Source: an archaeon | GTDB lineage: Archaea; Asgardarchaeota; Thorarchaeia; Thorarchaeales; Thorarchaeaceae | Length of the DNA: 32,000 bases | Assembly (NCBI GenBank): GCA_024275415.1 | Contig: JAJRZD010000033.1 | Location: 30,001-62,000, forward strand | Reading direction: 5' to 3' | Shown here: positions 16,819 through 25,296 of the stretch, in pieces | How the letters are laid out: the number at the start of each line of letters is the position of its first letter | How positions within the stretch are numbered: position 1 is the first letter of the stretch | Notes under the pieces: model-generated | The model's input: only the letters and a program-made list of their open reading frames with translations | What the model was told of the DNA's origin: nothing | The model's database searches: none | Program-made: the position numbers and the translations under genes

Positions 16819-19008
16819 TTGTCTGAAGAAACAATCCGGTTAAAGGTAGCCGCAGCAATGCCAAAGGATCAGGGCAGAGGCATTGTGCGTCTTAACTCAG
16901 ATGTCAGGAACCAATTGAGAATCCGGTCGGGAGATTATGTCCTTCTGAAAGGGCCGAAGGAAACAGTTGCGATAGCATGGCCTGCTTTGCAGGAAGATGA
17001 AGTGCTTGACATGGTACGCATGGACGGTCTCATAAGGGCCAATGCAGGTGTACGACTGGGTGAGGTAGTTGAGGTGCAGAGGATCGACTTGGCTGAGGCA
17101 CAACGCGTCCCCCTTGCACCGAATCAGCCCCTGCGTTTTCAGGCTGGGTTTGCCGAGTTTGTGAAGCAACAGATCATCAACAAACCGCTGACGCGGGGTG
17201 ATATCATCCTGATCTCATCCATTGGACAGGGACTGCAATTCACTATCACAGCGACAAGTCCTGGGAAGCATGTTCGAGTCACACCCAACACACGTGTAGA
17301 ATTGCGGAGTGAGCCTGTAAAGCCCGAGGACCTCTCCGTACCACAGGTTTCCTATGAGGATATTGGCGGGCTGGGGAAGGAACTCCAGCGAATCCGTGAG
17401 ATGATTGAACTTCCCATGAAGTCACCTGAACTGTTCAAGCGGCTCGGTATTTCGCCACCTAAAGGGGTTCTCCTGCATGGTCCTCCAGGGACTGGGAAGA
17501 CACTGATTGCCAAGGCTGTGGCAAACGAGGCAGGGGCTAACTTCAAAGTCATAAACGGTCCAGAGATCATGTCCAAGTTCTATGGGGAGTCAGAGGCAAA
17601 ACTGCGTGAGGCATTCGAAGAGGCTGAGAAGAATGCCCCTAGCATCATCTTCATCGACGAGATTGATAGTATCGCTCCCAAGCGCGCCGAGGTGACAGGA
17701 GAAGTCGAACGTCGTGTAGTAGCACAACTGCTGGCACTGATGGACGGTCTCGCAGGGAGAGGCCAGGTCATTGTGATTGGGGCGACCAACCGTGTCGATG
17801 ACATTGACGAGGCCCTTAGACGACCCGGGCGTTTCGATAGGGAGATTGAGATCGGGGTGCCAGACAAGAAAGGGCGACTGGAAATCTTGCAGATACACAC
17901 CCGAGCGATGCCCCTCGACAAAGATGTTGATCTTGAGAAGCTTGCATCCATCACGCACGGATTTGTCGGTGCTGACCTTGCCGCTCTTGCGAGAGAGGCG
18001 GCCATGCAGACGCTTCGTCGAGCCCTTCCCTATGTGGATCCTGAGAGCGGTGATATTCCTCAGGATGTCCTGAACAACCTTTTCGTCACACAGTTTGACT
18101 TCGAAACCGCGATGGCTGAGGTTTCGCCATCAGCGTTGAGAGAGGTTCTTGTTGAGAAACCAAACATCAAATGGGACGATGTAGGCGGGCTCATGAAAGT
18201 CAAGGAACGACTCAGGGAGGCCGTTGAGGCACCACTGAAACATCCAGAGGTCTTCTCAGAGATGGGCATCCGAGCACCACGGGGTGTGTTATTGTTCGGA
18301 CCTCCTGGTACTGGAAAGACGCTACTCGCAAAGGCAGTAGCCACTGAGAGCGAGGCAAATTTCATCTCGGTTCGAGGTCCCGAAATCTTCAACAAATATG
18401 TTGGCGAGTCTGAGAAGGCAGTGAGGGACATATTCAAGAAAGCACGGCAGACGGCGCCCTGTGTCCTGTTTTTTGACGAGATTGATGCGATACTGAGTTC
18501 CCGTAGTGTACAGGATGACACAGGTGTGAGCAAGCGGATAGTCAATCAGTTCCTTGCCGAGCTGGACGGTATGCAGAGCCTACAGAATGTCCTTGTGATA
18601 GGTGCCACCAACAGGGCTGACATCATGGATCCAGCAGCCCTTCGCCCAGGACGCTTTGATGCTGTTATCTATGTACCACCGCCTGACAAGGAGGCACGAA
18701 AGGAGATATTCGGTGTACACACAAAGGATATGCCACTTGCAGATGATGTGGATATAGACAGGCTAGCGGAGATGACCGAAGGCTATTCTGGTGCAGATAT
18801 CGAGGGTCTCACACGGGAAGCCGCAATGGCAGCAGTACGGGACGACTGGAAAGCAAAACCCGTTTCAATGAAGCACTTCAGGGAAGCGATGAAAGAAGTG
18901 CGACCCACGATATCTGAAGAGGATCTGAAGCGTTTCCAGAAGATTGCGGAGAGCGTTTTGAAGCGGCAGCCACAGCGCAAGGATGACATACTACCACAGT
19001 ACATGTAA
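16819..19008 (+). CDS. cdc48: Cdc48/VCP/p97 (VAT) family double-AAA ATPase
   Basis: N-domain ([10 protein letters not shown]...[13 protein letters not shown]), two Walker A GPPGTGKT, Walker B IIFIDE and VLFFDE, and two second regions of homology ATNR...LRRPGRFD / LRPGRFD. Confidence 0.97.
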   Translation: MSEETIRLKVAAAMPKDQGRGIVRLNSDVRNQLRIRSGDYVLLKGPKETVAIAWPALQEDEVLDMVRMDGLIRANAGVRLGEVVEVQRIDLAEAQRVPLAPNQPLRFQAGFAEFVKQQIINKPLTRGDIILISSIGQGLQFTITATSPGKHVRVTPNTRVELRSEPVKPEDLSVPQVSYEDIGGLGKELQRIREMIELPMKSPELFKRLGISPPKGVLLHGPPGTGKTLIAKAVANEAGANFKVINGPEIMSKFYGESEAKLREAFEEAEKNAPSIIFIDEIDSIAPKRAEVTGEVERRVVAQLLALMDGLAGRGQVIVIGATNRVDDIDEALRRPGRFDREIEIGVPDKKGRLEILQIHTRAMPLDKDVDLEKLASITHGFVGADLAALAREAAMQTLRRALPYVDPESGDIPQDVLNNLFVTQFDFETAMAEVSPSALREVLVEKPNIKWDDVGGLMKVKERLREAVEAPLKHPEVFSEMGIRAPRGVLLFGPPGTGKTLLAKAVATESEANFISVRGPEIFNKYVGESEKAVRDIFKKARQTAPCVLFFDEIDAILSSRSVQDDTGVSKRIVNQFLAELDGMQSLQNVLVIGATNRADIMDPAALRPGRFDAVIYVPPPDKEARKEIFGVHTKDMPLADDVDIDRLAEMTEGYSGADIEGLTREAAMAAVRDDWKAKPVSMKHFREAMKEVRPTISEEDLKRFQKIAESVLKRQPQRKDDILPQYM

Positions 19009-19108
19009 GACTCTGCTGATGAGGACCCGTTAGAGGACATAGGCTATTCCTTTATAGACGGGTCCTTCCAAACCTGTACACGAGATATCATCAAGGTCGT
19101 GTCATCAT

Positions 19109-21595
19109 ATGGGTGAACGATGGACAGTAACATTATGCCCTTTCCTGCATTTCGATAATGCACGTACGAATACATATGAGCAAAACATCAGCATCGTCGC
19201 ATGGAATGTGAAGAGTGTTCTGGACTTTCTCGAGATCAACCCCGGACATACTTTTGGACTGGGACAAGTGACTCTTCTTGAGGGATTCAGGAGGTTATTC
19301 CCCAACTACTGGGACACCCTTCATCAATACGTCTTGGAGGGCAGGATTGAGATTGTTGGCGGGACCTACGTCATGCCCGATTTTGTGCTTCCGGATGGCG
19401 AGTCTATTGTGCGCCAGTTCGAATATGGCACTGAGTTCCTACGGAAGGAGCTGGGAGTCAGCGCGAGGACTGGTTGGGCAATCGACACATCAGGACATTG
19501 TGCCCAGATGCCTCAGATCCTCCGTCAATGTGGGATTGACACATACTATTTCACATACGGGATGCCGTTCGATGCTCCTACAGAATTCGTGTGGCTGGGC
19601 CCGGATGGGAGTCGCGTGAATGCGGTCTGGTTGAGGAATGGCTTTGATTGTGCTGCGTGGCTCTCTGAGAACAGACGTGAGGCATTCTCCAATCTGCTTG
19701 AGATCATAGGGAACGTAAGGGTTTCCAGCTCCTCGAACAACCTGTTTGTCCCGATTGGCGGTGAATTAGTGCCCCCTCCGATGCACATCATGGATATCGT
19801 TCGCCAGTGGAATGAAGTCTTTCAAGATAGCAAGGCGACCTTGGGCACACCAAGGGAGTTCTCGGAGAAGCTGAAGTCGGTTCAATCCAATCTGCCATCT
19901 ATCTCAGGAGAGCTCGGGAGCGGCCGTTTCGGGCCGATTCGGTCAGGAGGACTCAGTAGTCGCTCGAAATTGAAAATACTCAATCGACGCCTAGAGACCC
20001 TCCTTTACCTTGTAGAACTCTATTTCTCGTTGGGTGGTAATAATTCCTATATCCGGCAGATGACGAACCTCTGGAAGATGCTCCTGTTCAATCAGGATCA
20101 TAACATCATCCGCGGGATCATCACGGACGACCCCTACAAGCTCGCCATACGGCGGTACAATCAGGCAATTGAGAAGGCTGAGGAACTTCTCGAGACCGCG
20201 ATAACTGGTATCTGTAAGACCATCCCTGCTCCGCTAGATGGCCTGTCGTTCATCGTCTTCAACCCTGTGCCATGGACTCGAAGCGATATAACACGGCTGC
20301 GGTTGAACCGGTCAATGCTCGATGGCGGAGTATTCGACCTGCTTGACGAGGAAGGGAACAGCATTTATTTCCAGATTGAAGATGCAGCGGACGACGAGAA
20401 CCGGGTCGATATCATCTTCACTGCCGAATCGCTGCCCTGCCTGGGCTATCGAACCTATAATCTCAGAAATGTAGAGCAACCCCCTGAACCTGATGAGGAA
20501 CTCCGTCATGGGCGCAACTGGATCGAATCGCCATATTTCACGATAGAGTTTGACGAGTTCTCTGGTGCACTTACCCGTATATTCGACAAGACCTCTCAGA
20601 AGGAGTTCATCCAGGGGTCTGGTGTCCACCCTATTATCGAGCCGGACATGGGAGATCTCTATCGATTTGCACCATCTCTTCTTAGCGGCGAATCTTCAGT
20701 CATTGACTCGCTCAGGATTCCTGGAAAACTCAAATTCATCGAGTCCGGACCGGTTCGCATAGTGACAGAAGTGATCCAATCCCTCTCAGAATCGACTATC
20801 ATCCAGAGGGTGACAGTCTATAGGTCTCTACCGCGAATCGACATCGAGGTCGAGGTCAATTTCAGAGAAGAACACAAGAGATGCAGGTACGTGATTCCTA
20901 CTCCCATCTTCACAGACTCGATAGTCACAGGCGCTCAGTTCTACGCTAATGAACGGCATATAGCTCCGTTTGATGCTGAGTCTGATGATCATGGTCACGG
21001 TGCTTTCTCAGCGTTGGATTGGGTGGATGTGCAAGGTCCCGATGCAGGACTGGGAGTCGCTGTCTTCGGGTTACATGAGTTCCAGTATCGCGATGGCAAG
21101 TTATCGATAACCATGCTCAGGAGTCCTTCTGTGCTCTCTCACGGCAAGGACGACGATGCAGTCCAATCAATGAGTGCAAGGGACCATTCGAGCCACACCT
21201 TTCGCATCTCTCTGTTCCCCCATAATGAGGACTGGAAGAAGACCGGCATCCACCGTCAGGCCACAGAAACACGACTCCCCCTTATTGCTTCCGTGCTTGA
21301 TGGGCACCCTGATGCAACCCCCATGTTTAGCGGACTAGTTTCTGTTGAAGGTGTGCCTCTTGAACTGTCATCGTATCGACCAACAGAACACGAATCCGAG
21401 GTCATCATAAGGATGTATGAGGTTCTAGGTTCGAGTGGCACGAGCATACTGAAGTTCAACAGGAGTATTGAGCGTGCGGTGTTGACTGACCTAGTCGGTA
21501 ATGAGATTGGTGAGATCGCTGTGAACTCGAACATGGTATCCGTACCTGTCGATGGCTATTCCATCATCACATTGAAGGTACGACTGGGCACTTGA
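19109..21595 (+). CDS. glycoside hydrolase family 38 (alpha-mannosidase-like) protein
   Basis: HxD near the N-terminus, GRIEIVGGTYVMPDFVLPDGESIVRQ, GWAIDTSGH, FVWLGPDGSRV, middle domain QDHNIIRG, VFNPVPWTRS and C-terminal beta-sandwich with LSITMLRSP. Confidence 0.9.
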   Translation: MGERWTVTLCPFLHFDNARTNTYEQNISIVAWNVKSVLDFLEINPGHTFGLGQVTLLEGFRRLFPNYWDTLHQYVLEGRIEIVGGTYVMPDFVLPDGESIVRQFEYGTEFLRKELGVSARTGWAIDTSGHCAQMPQILRQCGIDTYYFTYGMPFDAPTEFVWLGPDGSRVNAVWLRNGFDCAAWLSENRREAFSNLLEIIGNVRVSSSSNNLFVPIGGELVPPPMHIMDIVRQWNEVFQDSKATLGTPREFSEKLKSVQSNLPSISGELGSGRFGPIRSGGLSSRSKLKILNRRLETLLYLVELYFSLGGNNSYIRQMTNLWKMLLFNQDHNIIRGIITDDPYKLAIRRYNQAIEKAEELLETAITGICKTIPAPLDGLSFIVFNPVPWTRSDITRLRLNRSMLDGGVFDLLDEEGNSIYFQIEDAADDENRVDIIFTAESLPCLGYRTYNLRNVEQPPEPDEELRHGRNWIESPYFTIEFDEFSGALTRIFDKTSQKEFIQGSGVHPIIEPDMGDLYRFAPSLLSGESSVIDSLRIPGKLKFIESGPVRIVTEVIQSLSESTIIQRVTVYRSLPRIDIEVEVNFREEHKRCRYVIPTPIFTDSIVTGAQFYANERHIAPFDAESDDHGHGAFSALDWVDVQGPDAGLGVAVFGLHEFQYRDGKLSITMLRSPSVLSHGKDDDAVQSMSARDHSSHTFRISLFPHNEDWKKTGIHRQATETRLPLIASVLDGHPDATPMFSGLVSVEGVPLELSSYRPTEHESEVIIRMYEVLGSSGTSILKFNRSIERAVLTDLVGNEIGEIAVNSNMVSVPVDGYSIITLKVRLGT

Positions 21596-21656
21596 GTGTA
21601 AGAAACTATGGCTCCGATATGCTTTTGAGGAATCCTGAAAACTAAGACAAAGTAGT

Positions 21657-22529
21657 GTGTCAAAGATGTCTGCGTTCTATCCTATCTCACCCCCCGTCCT
21701 GATAACCAACACAAGCTTCTCGGCGCAAGCAGGTGTGATGGACGAGATGTGGGCCTGCCGAGTTATCCGGGGAAAGAAGATCCTTATTGAGAAGACAATG
21801 CCCGAACTCAGTCTGGACAACTTTGTTGGTATCATCTACGGACACATCCGGGTCGAGGGACTCAGCAGGCACGCCGTGGCAATGTGCGCAGGTCGCCTGA
21901 TGCAGTATGCTAGGAAATACCAGTCTTCCGGTGTTTGTCCTAATTATGAGGTTCCAGACTTTTATTATGACGATGGCGAGTCCTATATCGCAGTTGGTGA
22001 TTCCAGCTCTTCAGAAGGTGGTAGTGTAGCTACTGCTGAGGTTCATGAACTCCCGCATATGCCTGTTGGACACCTTCCCACAATCACCCCACAAGAGGGA
22101 AAGAATGCGTGGAAGGTCATTGCTGAAACTCACGGCGCAGCAGTATGTGAGTTTGCAATCTATGCAGCAGGTCTCTCAGAAGGACATCTTAAAGCGATGT
22201 TCGAGCAGTTCGCAGACCGACTTGTTCATTCTTGGATTGATCCTGAAGACCCAATCATTCTTCCCATCAGGTTCGGTGAACTTATCTACAGCTGTTCTGG
22301 TGAGAGTCAGCTTCCCAAGACTGGGACGCTGAATGTGTCAGTAGAAACCCAAGGCTGTGTGCTACTGAAGATGACAAGGGAATTTGACCCTGACGGAAGT
22401 AGGATGCCCGCCGGCTATCCCTGTGCGTTCCATGAGATGATCGCACGTAAGGTGGCTCAGGTGACCGACCTGAAAATCGGGGTCAACACGTCCTCTACGG
22501 GCTGCATAGTGACCATGTCCATCGAGTAA
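21657..22529 (+). CDS. hypothetical two-domain protein, C-terminal V4R/ATC-hydrolase-like fold possible
   Basis: Acidic/Ser linker (DDGES...DSSSSEGGS) separates two domains. C-terminal GCVL...YPCAFHE...GCIVTM cysteine spacing resembles V4R-clan proteins. Confidence 0.45.
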   Translation: MSKMSAFYPISPPVLITNTSFSAQAGVMDEMWACRVIRGKKILIEKTMPELSLDNFVGIIYGHIRVEGLSRHAVAMCAGRLMQYARKYQSSGVCPNYEVPDFYYDDGESYIAVGDSSSSEGGSVATAEVHELPHMPVGHLPTITPQEGKNAWKVIAETHGAAVCEFAIYAAGLSEGHLKAMFEQFADRLVHSWIDPEDPIILPIRFGELIYSCSGESQLPKTGTLNVSVETQGCVLLKMTREFDPDGSRMPAGYPCAFHEMIARKVAQVTDLKIGVNTSSTGCIVTMSIE

Positions 22530-22633
22530 ACCACACTCTGGATGCTCGCGCAATAATCTTAAATCACTCCCCACACATGGTGGTTTGATGTACTGAACGG
22601 AATAAAATCCGTGACAGTCAGGGAGATCTAAAT

Positions 22634-22909
22634 ATGTCTTATCTCACATGGCGCGAATATGTGCGTTCAGGACCCATATGCTTGGGTGTGCTCCTGATCA
22701 TTGTTGGAGCGGTCTTTGTGCTTCTTCAAACAATGGATTTCGTTGTGGTGGCGGGTTATGACTCCATCATAGGTGCAGTCCTTGCAGTGGTGGGTGTCGT
22801 GTTTGTCATCTGCGGGTTCTTCTTCACCAAGAAGAAGCGGGATTCCGTGCTGACCCCAGTTTCCACGAAGGTTGATGACACACCTCCTCCTCCACCGCCG
22901 CCGGACTGA
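22634..22909 (+). CDS. small two-TM membrane protein with basic stop-transfer and C-terminal polyproline
   Basis: Two hydrophobic stretches (ICLGVLLIIVGAVFVLL; IIGAVLAVVGVVFVICGFFF), then TKKKR and tail DDTPPPPPPPD. Confidence 0.75.
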   Translation: MSYLTWREYVRSGPICLGVLLIIVGAVFVLLQTMDFVVVAGYDSIIGAVLAVVGVVFVICGFFFTKKKRDSVLTPVSTKVDDTPPPPPPPD

Positions 22910-22937
22910 TTCCTTCAACTCTGTATCTAATTTGATG

Positions 22938-22986
22938 TGAGCCATTCCTTTTCAAGAGCCGAATGGCTCACCGCTTCTCTTTTTTC
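22938..22986 (+). terminator. putative hairpin + T-tract terminator
   Basis: TGAGCCATTC (22938-22947) / GAATGGCTCA (22961-22970) perfect 10-bp stem followed by CTTCTCTTTTTT. Confidence 0.5.
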
Positions 22987-23078
22987 CCTGATTTGCGCCA
23001 TACTTCATCCGCCAAACCCATATATGTAAGAGTTATATTCAGTTCACAGAAATGGATTAAGAGAAGGGACTGAAATCA

Positions 23079-23369
23079 ATGACGTTTCTAGAATACCGCG
23101 ACAGTCAATTTCGTGAGTGCTCGGGACAACCAAGCACTGACATCAATCTGAAAGTAGATGAATCACAGAAGAAGCTCATTCTGACTGTTCCTGAGGGCGT
23201 ATCAATGATCCAACGACGGTCAGCGGAACGGGCTGCTCGTGGGATTGCCAAAGCAGGATACCTGAGCAGCCAAGGTGCCACTATAGGACGAGGATTTGAG
23301 CTTGTGATCGAGGGACACGGTGGAAATCTGCCGGACAGGTTGAAGCATTCCCCCCGAGAGGTCTACTAA
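23079..23369 (+). CDS. putative single gelsolin-like domain protein (Asgard ProGel-like)
   Basis: Secondary-structure pattern INLKVD / KLILTV / PEGVSMIQRRSAERAARGIAK (long helix) / ELVIEG / LPDRL parallels the gelsolin repeat (CFILD, IYVWVG, long helix, VVEG, EP..F). The conserved Trp is absent. Confidence 0.45.
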   Translation: MTFLEYRDSQFRECSGQPSTDINLKVDESQKKLILTVPEGVSMIQRRSAERAARGIAKAGYLSSQGATIGRGFELVIEGHGGNLPDRLKHSPREVY

Positions 23370-23468
23370 CCAAAGCGGCAATCACAATCCCCCAAAACTC
23401 AAATGCCAGAAAAGTGATAACGTTAGTTGGTAATAGGCAATCAATACCTCTGAAAGGAGATATATCGT

Positions 23469-25244
23469 ATGTCGCAGGATGATATCAGACGGATGGTTGA
23501 GGAGGCAACGAAGGAAGCCATGAAGCGTTCCTTCACTGAGGCCGGAAAGAAATTCCTTGATGCTGCACGAGTCAGCGAGCAGAAAGGGGACTATGGCAAT
23601 GTCGAGAATCTGCAACGACAGGCTGCTGAGAACTTCACAAAAGCCGCTGAAGAGTACCGCGCAGCAAAGAGCTACAAGGCAGCATCCCTGAATATGTGCA
23701 TGGCTGGTGATGTGTATTCAGAGCTGGCTGATGCTGCGAATGCACTCAAGGCATATGAACAGGGCGCCAACGACCTTTTTGGTGCTTCCACTGAGCATCT
23801 TATGTGGAACGAGGACGCAGAAACCAAGAAGGGCACCGCACTGGCAGTTGCCGGTAGCATGATCCTTCTTATGATCGGCAAAGAGGATGAAGCCTTTACT
23901 AGGGCTCGGAGGTTCGCGTCTGATAATGCGTCTAAACTGCGATTCCCAGGAGTTGTCAGGCTAAGTCAGATACCTCAGATGATTGAGAGTGCAATCAACT
24001 CCATGGATCTCAATGCTTTCGCCGACGCCGAAACCGCAGCAGTTACCGAATTGAAGGCGTCTCTAGCAAGCGCCAAGGCACAGGAATTCGTTCCTTACGT
24101 AGACAAAGGTATCGAGATGGTTCGTGAGATATTGCGTGGCAAGCTCAAGGTGCCCAAGATATCCTCGCAACTCGACCTCCCTGTTGACATGACTTTCAAA
24201 GAGGAATTTGAGATCCGTGCCATCGTTGAGAACAATGGTGATGGCCCCGCTAACGATGTCAAGATCGAATGGCATATCGATGAAGGTATCAAGATCCTGT
24301 CTGGTGAGATAAAGCAGACAGTGGGTCAGATCCCTGCTGGAGAAACCCGCTTCTTCGTATTGGTTGCCAAATCCGCTCAGGATCATATGGGCGTAAAGGA
24401 ATTCTCAGTCGTGCTTCGTGGTTCCTATTTCGATGACCTGCGGACCGAGTACTCCCTTCAAGCAGGACCTGGCACATTCGTCCTCAAGGACTTCAAGGAA
24501 ACCGAGAAGCTACTTCAGGACGTGGACGTATCCGAGGGTCGGGTGAGCATCTTGTACCCTTCCATCGATTCTTCAAAGTTCGAGTCGGAGCCGATTATGC
24601 ATATCGTGTCTTCATTGGAGTCGGCCTTGAAACTGGCTAGGACAGAGATTGCCCAGAAGGAGCTCTCTGCTGCAAAGGCGAGGATTGCCATTGTCAATTC
24701 GCTCGTAGATGCAGTTGACAAGATCCTTGGGGATGAGGAGATGCAAGCAAAGATCGAGAAGACGCGTCTTGAACAAAAGAAAGAATATGCCAAGGAACAG
24801 CTCTCTACATTGCGCTCCGATATCTTGAGGAAGTTCGACGAGTATCAACAGCGTGTACGGGCAGAGAATGACACCCTCCTAGCAGCGTGGGACTCGAAGG
24901 CGGCTGAGAAGAAAAAGGCACAGGATGAAGTCGCCGGTGTGAAAAGTAAGATTTCCTCGCTTGTCGCCGAAGTGAGTTCAGCATATGACTCGATCCCAAT
25001 GGCGAGTGCTTCCGACTCTCAGGAAATAGCAGAGGCACGGACCAAAGCAAGGACTGCTTTAGAGAAAGTGAAGTCGACCCTCTCCTCAATAGCCTCAGAT
25101 GTAGATTCCATAGGCAGTATGAACGCACTCGCCTCCGAATCGCGACCAGCAGAACATCCTGCCATCGCCAAAGTCATGGCTATCCTTGAAGAGATGAAAC
25201 GGGATTTGTCCTCAGCGATTGATTCAAAATTGGGCGGGACATGA
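23469..25244 (+). CDS. SNAP/TPR-like helical solenoid + CARDB-like Ig domain + coiled-coil protein
   Basis: N-terminal Ala-rich helical repeats (AAENFTKAAEEYRAAKSYKAAS...AGDVYSEL); central Ig-like strand pattern EIRAIVENNGDGPANDVKIEW...IPAGETRFFVL; C-terminal heptads. Confidence 0.6.
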   Translation: MSQDDIRRMVEEATKEAMKRSFTEAGKKFLDAARVSEQKGDYGNVENLQRQAAENFTKAAEEYRAAKSYKAASLNMCMAGDVYSELADAANALKAYEQGANDLFGASTEHLMWNEDAETKKGTALAVAGSMILLMIGKEDEAFTRARRFASDNASKLRFPGVVRLSQIPQMIESAINSMDLNAFADAETAAVTELKASLASAKAQEFVPYVDKGIEMVREILRGKLKVPKISSQLDLPVDMTFKEEFEIRAIVENNGDGPANDVKIEWHIDEGIKILSGEIKQTVGQIPAGETRFFVLVAKSAQDHMGVKEFSVVLRGSYFDDLRTEYSLQAGPGTFVLKDFKETEKLLQDVDVSEGRVSILYPSIDSSKFESEPIMHIVSSLESALKLARTEIAQKELSAAKARIAIVNSLVDAVDKILGDEEMQAKIEKTRLEQKKEYAKEQLSTLRSDILRKFDEYQQRVRAENDTLLAAWDSKAAEKKKAQDEVAGVKSKISSLVAEVSSAYDSIPMASASDSQEIAEARTKARTALEKVKSTLSSIASDVDSIGSMNALASESRPAEHPAIAKVMAILEEMKRDLSSAIDSKLGGT

Positions 25245-25296
25245 TGCATATCGGAGCTGTATGAAACAGTTCGCCTTACACTCCGACTTGGCTCGC

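Noticed and set aside
16897-19040. Numerous antisense and alternate-frame ORFs over cdc48 (and similar shadows over other long genes)
   Set aside because: They overlap well-supported genes, mirror their codon structure and show no recognisable motifs.
19009-19075. SECIS element or C/D-box sRNA (CTGATGA precedes the hairpin)
   Set aside because: No GA opposite the ATGA to form the SECIS quartet, no in-frame TGA in cdc48, and no downstream CTGA D-box at a suitable distance.
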